Part shown: piece after piece, positions 27,619-47,370 of the stretch
Position numbering within the stretch: position 1 is the first letter of the stretch
Layout of the letters: each line of letters starts with the position of its first letter
From: Amoebophrya sp. A120
Lineage: Eukaryota > Protista > Dinoflagellata
Direction of reading: 5' to 3'
Length of the DNA: 64,000 nucleotides
NCBI GenBank assembly: GCA_905178155.1
Contig: CAJINV010000004.1
Coordinates: 8,080,144 to 8,144,143, forward strand
Program-made: the position numbers and the translations under genes
The notes under the pieces: model-generated
Seen by the model: only the letters and a program-made list of their open reading frames with translations
What the model was told of the DNA's origin: nothing
Database searches by the model: none

Positions 27619-30600
27619 ATGTGCATCTTCTGTGACCGGTTCCGAAGCGGCAACACCGTCCTGGACGAGGTTCTGGATGTCGAGAAATGCGAGGAGATGA
27701 AGAAGAAGCGGAAAAAAGTGACGGTCGTCACCGGCTTATCCTGAGCGAAAGCGCCCTCCGGTCAGAGTTCTTGTCATGCAGATTTGCAATTCCAGGAACA
27801 TTTGTAATGCACGTCCCCACGACGAGAGACATTTCCAATCGTGTTTTAGAATTTGTAATGCCGTAAAGAGAATAAGGAGATGGCTTTGTGATGCCCCTGT
27901 CCTTGCTGTAAACGGCACATCAGAACAGAGAGAAACTTGTGATGCGTGCCTTCCAAAACTTCTGGACTTGTGTTGCTAAGTTCCCAATTTGACTCTGCGA
28001 GGTGGTGGGCCACGTTTTTGCTCACGATACGGGTTTCTCGGATCGGGCAAGACGAGCTTCTTGAACTACGTGCTGACCTCCAATACGCACAACAAGAAAA
28101 TAGGCGTATCGAATGTAAAAATGTCTGGGTCTGGAAAATTGCCAGGTTTGTCATGCACACTTTGCATGACGTGTGAGGTCTGTGATGCATGCCCCAGCAT
28201 CACAGATTTTGTGAGATCTTTGCCATGCCTTTTCCGCATGAGAAACTGCCTCTCGGCCTTCTCAAAAGTGAACAGCTTTTTGGTAATCATGCAACACAGA
28301 TTTTTGTATGATTCAGATTTAGCATGACAAGTTGTACTCTTCCAGACCCAGACATTTTTGCAATTCATAAGGCGTAGTCGTGAACGAATTCGGTGAGACC
28401 ACCATAGACGACAAGTTTCTGAAGTCTGTATCAAGTGCAAGAATGTCTGGGTCTGGAATGTTGCCGGGTTCGTCATGCATATTGTGCATGACCCAGCATG
28501 TCTGTAATGCATGACGTAGCATCGCAGATTTTTAGAAGGCTTCCTGATGCCTTTTCCGCATGGCAAATGCCCTCCCCGCGTAGCACAAACTAGACTTCTC
28601 TTGCTGATCATGCAATACAGATTTTCTTAGAATCCACCGACAGCATCACAAGTTCCATTCTTTCCAGACCCAGACATATTTGCAATGCATAGTCTGCTGG
28701 CAATAACAAACGTGTCGAGACCTGCTCCGAGTCCGGGATGCAAGTGGTATCGCTCGAGAACGTATCCTGTGCAAAAGTATCGTACTCGTACAAATGCAAT
28801 TCTTGCATAACAAATATTTTTCTTATAGGTAAATCAGCATGACAAATTTCATTTATCATGCGGAGAAAATTTGTAATGCATCTATACGACTACGATACTG
28901 TTGCAGTTCATAGAGCGGCTGCGTGTGCTGCACGGTGCGCGGCGATTTGGTCACCGCCATGCTGAAATTCGCCTACACCATGGATGTCGACTACATCCTG
29001 CTCGAGTGCTACGAAATCGCGGACGAAAACAGGGGAACGAGGCACAGAGAACCACACAAGATGAATCTTTGGAGGAGGTTCTTGCGAAAGAAAATTGGTC
29101 TTGCAATCTTCCCGGAAGTGGACATGAATCAAAACACGACTGCCTCGCGCTCGCGCTGTCGATGCCCCAAAAAAACTTCCCCCGGAAAAAAGATAGAGCT
29201 GCTTTCTTGTTCTTGGCGAAAGTGTTTTAAAGTCCGCACCAGGCCGCGCGCTTCCCTATGCGGAGTTGTGCCCTTTGACAGATCAAGCAAGCAAAACCGA
29301 AAGCCGCTAGCCCACGCCGCTCGCTGCCCCGTCCCCCGCGCCCCCAAGTTGGTTCTGTGCCCCCACGCATGAGGATCATCTCCCAAGCCCGCATGCTGCC
29401 AAGCCCGCGCCGCGAGAAAATTATAATAATTCTGCAGACCGCAAAAATCATTCTGCAGACCGCACGGTATTTCTTATGATTGATGTTTTTTTCATCAGCA
29501 ACTACATGATGCAGCAGCAACGATTTCGGGTGTAGTAATACAACAACGAACAAGAGAACGACTACTACTACTGCTTCTGAGCCTTGAAGATCCTGTTTCT
29601 TCTTCTTTTCCATACCCTCTCCGGTCTCAGTGAGATCGTCCCGGTGTGTCAATGCTTTTTCGAGGCCGATGTGCAGCAGCACTTCCAGCTCGATGGAGTA
29701 ATATGTGTTGTCGACGGCAAGCGGCTATGGGTTGCAAAACTGCGGAATAAGTGTCGTCGTACTGATGCGCTACTGGTACATCAAACTGTGCATGTGACAA
29801 GACTGTGATAGCATCTTCACAAGTGTCAGTTTTGATGTTGTAATGCTGATCACTATTCGAAGAAGAAGAAGACAAACAGGACCCGGCATTTGATGTAAAT
29901 AGTTGTACGACGCTTGTTTTGCTGTGGATATTTTTACTACGAAGAATTCATCCTGGGACACAATTTCGATGACGACATATGCATTGCAAATATGTCTGGG
30001 TCTGGAAGGATGCAACTTGTGATGCTGCATTGGGATTCTACAAAAATCTGTATTGCATAAACAGCAAACCGGCGAGCGCGAGAGGGCATTTCTCATGCGG
30101 TATAGGCAACAGGAAGCCCTCAAAAAATTAAAATCTATGATGCTAGGGAATGCATCACAGACATCAGGAGTCATGCAAAATGTGCATGACAAACCTTGCA
30201 TCCTTCCAGACCCAGGCATATTTGCATTTGATACGACACCGTCGACGGCAACGAGGTTCGGGAAAAAGCAAATGACAGCGACGACGAGTTTGCCTGCGAA
30301 CCGATAGAAGACTATCAAATGCAAAAATGTCTGGGTCTGGAAGATTTTGAGATTTGTCATGCTTGTCTGGCATGACCAAAAAGTTTGTGATGCGTGTCCA
30401 AGAAGAGACCCTTTATTTGCCTGTCATGCAAAAACGCAGTTTGTCATGCGAAAAACGCAACACAAAGAAGCGCAGATATTTGTCATGCTTGCCTGTGCAT
30501 TACAGAGCATTCACTATCCCCAACGCAGCCTTACAAGTTTCCAGACCCAGGCATTTTTGCCTTTGATAAAGACTTTTCAACTACAACTCCCCCAAGGACG

Positions 30601-33204
30601 ACGAAAGGACTAGAACCTCCAGCGAGAACTACCTCTTCTTGGGACGATCAACATGATGGCAACCTCAATATCGAGGACGTCCAGATGCTGTCCATGTCGG
30701 ATAATGATATTAACTACGACCAGTACATCAAAAATACAACCTCTACTACTTCTAACGAGGACCAAACTATCAAGTGCAAATATGTAGTCCGGGTCTGGAA
30801 GATTGGGGGAGTTTGTCATGCAAATTGTACATGGTTCCCGATGCCTGTGATGCATGCTGTAGCACCGCAGCTTTCGCACAGGTCTGCTCATGCCTATTCT
30901 GCATTAGAGATGTCCTGTCCGGTTTGCAACAACCTGAGTGTGCTTTGCCCCTCTTGCAATACAGATTGTTGTGTGGTCGACAGCTAGCATCACAAATCCC
31001 ATTCTCTCCAGTTCCAAACGTATTTGCATTCGATACAAACGACCGTAATGCAGGACAACTCGGACATGAACCAGCTGGATTTTTTATCCTGAGTAAAAAT
31101 GTCCCCACCCCAGAGTTCGTTGTCATGCAAATCTGCATGCCAAAAAAGTTTCTCATGCGGAGGCCCATGAGAGCCATTTTCTAATCCTGTTTTGGAATTT
31201 GTGATGCTAGAATCAGCATGATGTGCTACATCTGTAATGCTTCCGAACTAGCTAAACAGGCTTACACTACGAGGATAAACTTGTCATGCGAAACAACCAA
31301 AGGTGGCCGATTTGTCTAGCGGATTTCCCATCTTGACTCTGGTGTGGGGACATTTTTACTCAGGATATTTTTTCTACTCCGATGAGCAGCTGGAACAAAG
31401 CACCACGAAAAGAGCCAAAAAGGAGCGCAAGGAGCTGATCATCGAACAGCTGTCGCTCGCGGATGTCGTTTTATTGAACAAAATTGACCTGTTCAAATCC
31501 AGACACGACCGAGACACGGTGCTGCAGCACCTAAAATCCAGAAACCACCTCGTCGATGTGCTGCCCTGCCGGCAAGCGCGAGTTTCGATTCCGCAGGTGC
31601 TGGACCGCAATTTGTTCACGCCGACGCGGGAGTTTCTCACCCAGGAACCGCTTCACATCTTTGGAAAGAAACCGCCAATAATACCGCCAGTGCTTACTTC
31701 CTTCCCCGGTAGTACAGCCTCCGCTACTGGCGGGGGCGGTGGAGGTGCGAACAGTGTGTCACTGGTCATCACGGGCGAGCCGCTGGACACGGTGAAGGTG
31801 CGCGCGTTTTTGGCGGACCTCTACATGCGGTACGCCTCGGCGCGCATCCTGCGCTGCAAGGGGGTGCTGGTCACGCAAGACTCGCCGCTGCAGAAAAAGC
31901 TGACCTGGATCATGGTCCAGGGCGTTGCAGATCACGTAGAGTGGGAACTGCTGGACCCCCAGCCGGAAGTGGAACTTATTTTGCGTGATGAAAATAATTC
32001 GTCTGAAGCAGCTCCCACTGCAAGAAGAACAACTTCCACGACCTGGGCAGAAAAAACAGCAACTTCATTAGCTACCACTACCCGATCAACAGTACTAGAG
32101 ACAGCCAACGGCACAGGAACAACAACAAGCAGGAAAGACTATAGCGATAAAACCACGATGAGCAACACGACCAGCGTCTCCAACAACAGCAACATTATCT
32201 CGCGGTTCGTATCAAGTGTAAAAATGTCTGGGTCTGGAAGAATGCAACTTGTGATGCTGCGTCTGCATTATTCAAAAATCTGTATTGCATGAACAGCAAA
32301 AGAGGTCTGGTTTTGGCCACGGCGAGAGGGCATTTCTCATGCGGTATAGGCATCAGAAAGCCCTCACAAGATCTGTGATGCTAGGGCACGCATCGCAGAC
32401 ATCAGGAGTCATGCAAAATGTGCATGACAAACCTTGCATCCTTCCAGACCCAGACATTTTTACATTTGATAAGTCGTGATCATCTACCAGAACCCACAGA
32501 GCATCGACACCAGCAAAATTCGTGCCGCTTTTTATCAAATGCAAAAATATCCCCACCCCAGAGTTGTCATGCAGATTTGCAATGACAAGAACATTTGTGA
32601 TGCGCATCCCGATGATGGGCATTTCCAGTCGTGTTTTGGAACTTGTAATGCTGTAAACGGGATAAGCAGATGGATTTGCAATGCGGCTGTCCACACTAAC
32701 CTGCACTACAGTACGAACTGAAATTTGTCATGCGTGACCACCAAAACTTCTAGGTTTGTGTTGCAAAATCCCCATCTTGACTCTGTGGTGGGGACGTTTT
32801 TACTCAGGATACTTTTCAGAGGTGCGCGATCTCCTTTGCACGAGCGGAAAGGGCCGGCAAGACCCCACAGCAGCTGCTGCTTGGAGGGTATCAAGTGTAA
32901 AAGTGTCTGGGTCTGGAAGAATGGAAGGCTTGTCATGCTTGTCTGGCATGACCCATGATGCTTGTAATGCATGACCCAGCATCAGTGATGCTGGGGCATT
33001 AATCTTCCAAAAATCTGTCATTCACAGATTTTTGGAAAGCTTCCTGATGCCATTTCCGCATGACAAATGCCCTCCTCGCGTAGCACAAATGTGGCTGCTC
33101 TTGCTGGTCATGCAATACAGATTTTTTTAGAGTCCAAAGTTAGCATCACAAGTTCCAACTTTCCAGACCCAGACACTTTTACATTTGATAGAAGGGTCGC
33201 GTGA
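27619..33204 (+). CDS. CobW/COG0523 (G3E) P-loop GTPase metallochaperone, spliced
   Basis: Reconstructed VTVVTGFLGSGKT, VVVNEFGE, NGCVCCTVRGDL (CxCC), LLECSGL, DGVICVVDG, EQLSLADVVLLNKIDL and ILRCKG. 13 TIR-type introns. Confidence 0.92.
27737..28029. mobile_element. TIR introner, family B; splits the Walker A motif
   Basis: TSD CGGCT/CGGGT. Confidence 0.9.
28107..28369. mobile_element. TIR introner, family A
   Basis: TSD AGGCG; near-identical to 53216-53482. Confidence 0.93.
28429..28691. mobile_element. TIR introner, family A
   Basis: TSD GTCTG. Confidence 0.93.
28763..28912. mobile_element. TIR introner, family D
   Basis: TSD GAACG/GAGCG. Confidence 0.9.
29010..29614. mobile_element. 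Degenerate, enlarged TIR-type intron
   Basis: TAC..ATA; removal +5 nt restores LLEC|SGLS. Confidence 0.6.
29726..29930. mobile_element. Degenerate TIR introner
   Basis: Residual TIR (GCAAAAC), TSD lost (GCGGC/TTTTT), frame restored. Confidence 0.65.
29978..30233. mobile_element. TIR introner, family A
   Basis: TSD CGACA. Confidence 0.93.
30313..30568. mobile_element. TIR introner, family A
   Basis: TSD AAGAC. Confidence 0.93.
30768..31035. mobile_element. TIR introner, family A
   Basis: TSD CAAAC. Confidence 0.9.
31085..31367. mobile_element. TIR introner, family B
   Basis: TSD TTTTT. Confidence 0.9.
32210..32471. mobile_element. TIR introner, family A
   Basis: TSD GTTCG/AGTCG. Confidence 0.9.
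32533..32811. mobile_element. TIR introner, family B with A-type outer left end
   Basis: TSD CTTTT. Confidence 0.9.
32889..33190. mobile_element. TIR introner, family A, with internal foldback
   Basis: TSD GAGGG/GAAGG. Confidence 0.9.
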
Positions 33205-34678
33205 GACAAAGGCAGTAGACCGCTTGGAACTACAAGCGCGGTGCGGTTTATTTTTCGCTTGGTCGGTCGATGATAATCTAATGTTGACTCGCCAAAATTT
33301 ATTTCGCCAGCCAAAATGCTCCAAATGCTGATGGCTCGTCACATTGTTAGCGCGTTTTATGATTATAGTGGTATACTTGTCGTGTAGTTTCCGCGACGCC
33401 CGCGAAGTTGAATGAAGTAGTCAAGCAAACCTGATCCGGGTTCATTTTTCGCGCGTTTTTTCATAAAGTAGTGGCTTCTAGAAGACTAGTTTGTACAAAT
33501 AAGTGCACTTCTGCTGCTGGGCCGCGTCCAAAGGAGTTCGAAGGAATTTGTCTTTTATAATGCCGTCCACATGGTTAGTATTGAAATTGATATTAGTGAT
33601 TTTTTGGTGTGGTCGACGGTTTTATATACTAGAGAAAGACAATGATTGAAATAGCAGGCGAAGGCACTGCGCCAGGTGTTTTCTGTTAACCGATTCGGTG
33701 CCGTCGAAGCAAGTAGCTGGCTGTTGGAAAGAAAATTTCAAACGACGACGTGACTCTATAATTGAATCGGACGACAACTACTCCAACTGAGTGGCTCCAC
33801 TGGGTGAGTGGCTCTGTAAAAATGAAGAACGCAGGTTCCTTCCCAAGAAGAGGTGGCTTCTATGAGTTATATAATATTGAGATACGAACTGCCGCAGGCC
33901 GAGAAGGTTCTGGCGCCTCTGCCGGACAGCTGCCCGGCGCGACCGAATGACGAGCTTACTGCTGATGTTGTCTGAATGAATTTCAAACGACAAGTTTATT
34001 TGGTTTCGATTCAATGAAGTAAAAACGCTGGCTCTTCTTTGCACTGGCCCGAAGTGCAGAAGGCAATGAGATACTTACTTTACCTTCGCGCACTAGGGGC
34101 GGATGATTTGCTGATTGCCTCATCCTCCCTGTTGACAGAAATCGAAGACAAGATCTCGGTTCAATATCGGTGCTGAAAATCGGAATTCCAAGACTAGGTA
34201 ACTATCCAGGGTCCCTTGGTCGAAATCTTTCTGCTGCAAAATTGTACAGATCTGAAAAATCATTTATGTCCCTTATCGATTATGATGTGAATTTCTGTTG
34301 AGCTGGAGGAAAACATTATTAAATTGACATCTTCGGTTGAGCTGGACCACTTGTCTTTTGAATGCGAATTATTTTGGTCCACGCCATTTCGTCTTTTCGC
34401 CGACAAAATTCTCACCGTGACTCCAGGTTGAAATTGAGTAGTTAGCAGCACGCATTTTGTGTCGTGTTTGCTTGGAAAATATAGCAACCCTAAACCGTTG
34501 AACAAGAAGAACGATAAAAGTAGCTGAGTTCTGCAGTAACAGTAAATTCTTGCCACCCTGGGAACTCTAAAATAAACCTGTCGGCGAAAATACAACAAAC
34601 TCGTATAGCATTTCTTCGAACAGCCTTCCTCATCTCTCACAGTATCTTTAACTTGTAAAGAGCCACAGAACCAGGATC

Positions 34679-35356
34679 ATGTTGTTGGCTTTGCTCTGGT
34701 ATGGTAGTTACTTTGCCGCATCCGCTACCAGCGGGGTAACCGTGGTTGAGGCCGCGAAAATGAACCCGCGTGCAGGAACCAGCCTGCGGGAAGGCGTTGA
34801 ACCTTTGTCGGCCGCGGCGAGAAAACAGGTCCTGGACCTCGTCGACGAATCTCGGTTCGTTGCGGTTCCTCCTCCCGTTTTACCTGGTTCTTCGCGTCTC
34901 GTCAGACATAAAAAGTACCGGGATGCAGTCCAAGCGGCTTCCTCGTTTCGGGACATCACTCCAGAAGAGCTTCAGCGGGATAAAGACTTCGTGCTGTTCT
35001 TGATCAAAAGCGGTATCCGCGAAAAAAACCCCAGCTTTTTTTTCAAGTGGGACGACCTTCCGGACGAGCTGCGGCAGGACAAAGAAATTCTACTTGCTGC
35101 CCTGCATCACAAGCTGATTCGCGATCTCTGGTGGGACCATGACAAGAAACCCACTCCACCCCGTCGGAACCCTCGCCTGTATCCGCAACCTGTGTGTTGG
35201 CGTGAATTCCGGCCCCACCTGTTCACAGACATGGAAGTCGTCCTGACGGCTATTGAAGTCGGCGCTGTTGAAAGATGTGGCAACGTGCCTCCAGAAATGC
35301 GGAGAGAGGATCAGGTCCTGCGGCTGGCGTATGCACGGAATCTTTCTTCTAATTAG
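34679..35356 (+). CDS. Intronless protein with signal peptide and DUF4116-like repeats (LQRDKDFVL / LRQDKEILLAA / MRREDQVL)
   Basis: 225-aa ORF with a hydrophobic N-terminus and repeated 'elr.Dkevvl.a' units. Confidence 0.55.
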   Translation: MLLALLWYGSYFAASATSGVTVVEAAKMNPRAGTSLREGVEPLSAAARKQVLDLVDESRFVAVPPPVLPGSSRLVRHKKYRDAVQAASSFRDITPEELQRDKDFVLFLIKSGIREKNPSFFFKWDDLPDELRQDKEILLAALHHKLIRDLWWDHDKKPTPPRRNPRLYPQPVCWREFRPHLFTDMEVVLTAIEVGAVERCGNVPPEMRREDQVLRLAYARNLSSN

Positions 35357-36733
35357 CTGCCATCAAAACAATTTATCCTGCCCTAGGGGGGGACATGCGG
35401 AGGGGTTGGGGTTCGAGTTCGTTTCAAGCTGCATCTCGGAGCTGTATCGCTGCAGTGTCGCGCATCGCATTTCGTCGCTTACAGCCATGAATTCCGAATA
35501 TCGAAACTACTCCACTCTCCTCAACATCAGTAGAGTCGTTCTCATCTTCACCTTCTTCGTCCTCCAGGAGCTTCACACAAACTAGCAGCAAAATTCATGT
35601 TGATGCGGCAAATCCAAAGCCAAACCCGCCCTACATAAAGAGAAGACGAAGGAAGCACGTGGTGACAATAGATCGATAACGCGACATTTTAGAAACTGGG
35701 GAAAACTTATCTTAGCTTGGGAGACTGTAGTGTGAATTTGAAGAATTGAAGATGTAGTTTTACTTAGATGGTGTTCGATTTGAAGTCGGTATGTCTGCGC
35801 TTGAAAAAATAACCTCTCCATTTCGAAACTAGATCCTACACTCTTACCTCCGCGCGCTAGGGGCGGATCGATGTTCATCTGCGGATTGTTCAGACAGCTA
35901 CGGCAACAGCTTCATGGTATAAGTGGCCACGCTGGAAAAATAGACCATACGTATTTCTTGTGAAGATGCGAGCTCTGTCACGTAGTCAAGCACGGAGCAG
36001 TCCGCTTGATGTTGTGTTCGTGCTGTTTCTGGCTTGCGTCCGCCGTGTGATGTGACAACTGAAAGTGTATGCACAAGAACTTGGTGAGCGAGCGAAGCCA
36101 AAACCTTCTACTGTTTTTGGTTCCGTATTAGTACTTTAGTTCTGTTGCGGCCCACGCGTTGCAGCTGCGCGGTAAAGAATATATGGCTGCTCGGTGACGA
36201 GGAGCTTACTACTATATTTTCCTTATTTACGAACCAGTAGCGTCCTCGGTGTCCTGGGTTGAAGATAAACCTTGTACATGAAAGATTTTTTGGGAAGAGT
36301 ATACATTGAAATAATGATGTCCAGACGCTGATGTCGAAACCATAACCAAGCGTGTATAAAAACTACACCATTGAACCCTACACGCACTGGTCTCCCACCA
36401 CGCCGCGGTCCTCCCCGCAAAACATCCAGAACAACTCTCCTCGCCGTCGTAGACTACAGATGGCCGAACGACTCCCGCGTCCGCCGCCAACGTTGCAGTG
36501 AGATGAAAAATTACGACGCCGGCGCAGTAGCGAATGGTACTTACTATCTCGCAGCAGTGGCAGATGGCGGGGCCGCATGGAGATTTCAACCTGTGCTGCG
36601 GGGACCATGATGAGGTACCTCTACAGCTTCGCTGCGACAAGTAGTTGGTAAAAACAGCAGGCCTGGCCGCGGAAGAAGCATCCAGCGACGGTCGTAGCGC
36701 TGCTGCTCCTGCTGCGGCCGTGAGAACTGAAGA

Positions 36734-45151
<8,418 letters not shown>

Positions 45152-47370
45152 CTGTGGGCACTTCTTGCGCTGCCTCTGTACTTCTTGTATCTCCTCGATG
45201 ATGGCAATTTCTCTCGGCTGTGATGTGCTTCTTTTACATACATCAATCGCCTCATCAAAAGCATCAAAATAGATGTAGTGGAATTCGCCCTTAGCTTTCC
45301 CTTTTCATACTGCGGAAGAATGGGCTGGCTGGACGGTGAAGAGCCGAAAGATGTTGTTTTGAACAAGCGGACAATAAGTAATATTGACGAACCCCATTGT
45401 TTTAATACTCTTCGCGGCATCAGTTGTGTAAATGATAATCCCAAAAAAGCACTCAGCTTCTACTTCACATGCGAAGAAGATGGTGCATGCAGCACTTCTA
45501 GCAGATTAGATCATTTGTAGATAAATTCTTCGATTGGTGGACACAACAAACAAAGAATAGAATCTAAAGTAAGCACTAGCCCCTAATCCTAAAACAAAGT
45601 AATTATTACAAGAACATTTTTTGTCACCGACATCACTCTCTAAGTCGATTTTTTTTTCCGTTGTTACTGTTAGAAGCATGACACTACCATACGACAATAA
45701 GTGTCACAAGATCATTATCCGTATTTTTCTAAAGCCTGCCATAGCCTCCTGGAGTGAACCAAGACAGCACGACCGGCGTTTTTACAGCGACCCGCCTCGT
45801 CGTGAAGATCATCCTACACGCAAAAGAAAACTTGGTCGCGAAAGTCGGCGCCATGGTGTGCATTTTGCTTTTTCAAGTTATGTAGTCCTGTACTGAGTAT
45901 TTACTACTTCCAAGGTCGAAGTTTAGGGCTTGGTTGTATAAAAATACTAGCAAGAATCTTCATCTTACTTTTTTCAACAGCCGTCATTTTTCGAAAAATG
46001 CGATGAACAAGATCGTACCAATTATCCGACGGATTGCTACCTAAAACCAGACGAAATTTTGCATACTGAGAATGAGAACAAGCACTATAGGAATAAACAT
46101 TCAACCACAATTCTTCTTCGAGCTAAATCAATCATGTCGCTACGAGGTACTTACTTACTAGAGTTTAAACAGCGTTTCGAGATTAGAATTGTGGGCACGG
46201 GCTGTCAGGATCGTGACAGCTGTGCTCATTGATAGCTGACGAGCAAGAACATAATTATGCTCGAATGAGGTGGACGTGGTCCAAGTATTATGTTGTTGAA
46301 GAGAGCGTACACAGTTATTGTCTTATTTTCTGTACTGGAAAAAAATTTTGTAATTCAGTTTCTGATTCATCGCCCTCGCGGTCGCGACGTAAAGCGAAAG
46401 TCTACCAGCAACATGTAAAGTTTTTTTTGTCGAATCAAACAACAAACACGCCGGTACAAGTCTCTCAATCTCCGTAATACGAGAAACAAGGCAAGATGAA
46501 AAGGGAGCAGCAACGGCGGTTCCTCTGTCAATCCTGTTGATTCATCGGTAGTTTTTGCTGGCTGTGTTTTTTTTGTATAATACGGTTTCTACCAGACAGC
46601 TCTCGCTTTTCTCACACCGTTTTGACACAGTACTACAACTAGACCATCGGTTATTTTCATTGGAAGTCAATACATACAGCATTGTAATGGCCAGTGTCGT
46701 GGTGGATCATGTACCAGAGATATCGACTTCGGTTGCAACTCCTGCTGCTCTTCGCAAAAATGAAAATCTGCTGTTAATATTACGCATGGACAAAGGTCCT
46801 CGAGGTGGAGGGCCATTGCTTCTTGAAGTCGGACCAGCAAAATATATCGGTGACCCGCATTTATTCTCTTGGCCCCGTCGATTGATGGTTGTACTCGGAT
46901 GTTTTATGACCCGGATCTGAACCAGCGTTAAAAACGGTGCGACAGCACACCGTGTCAGTCAACTGGTATTTCACTGTTTTAAAGCACGATGAAACTATCT
47001 CAACAGCAGCTAAACGACCAGTGGTTTGTCTCATCTTAGTGAGATGATCCGCGAGCTGTTGGCACCACGACCTGTAGGTTTGTAGAGACGCTTGTAACAA
47101 GCGGTGTCGTCGTACCAGTATCCTCGTAATTTTTAAATTCGACCTGTTGTACTACACCACAAGCTCTGACAAAATTTAACTTTTTCAAGACGCAAATTCG
47201 AAAAAGTGCGATAGTCTATTTATTTCAGATTTGTCACTTTTTGATACCGCTTCGGAAAATCGTCACCGCAAGCAGCTGCAATTAAAATTGCCATTTCGGA
47301 AAAAATTATATATGATTTTTCGACTTTTTCACCTTTTTGTGTAAATTCTTTCCCCACGAGGATTGAAAAA

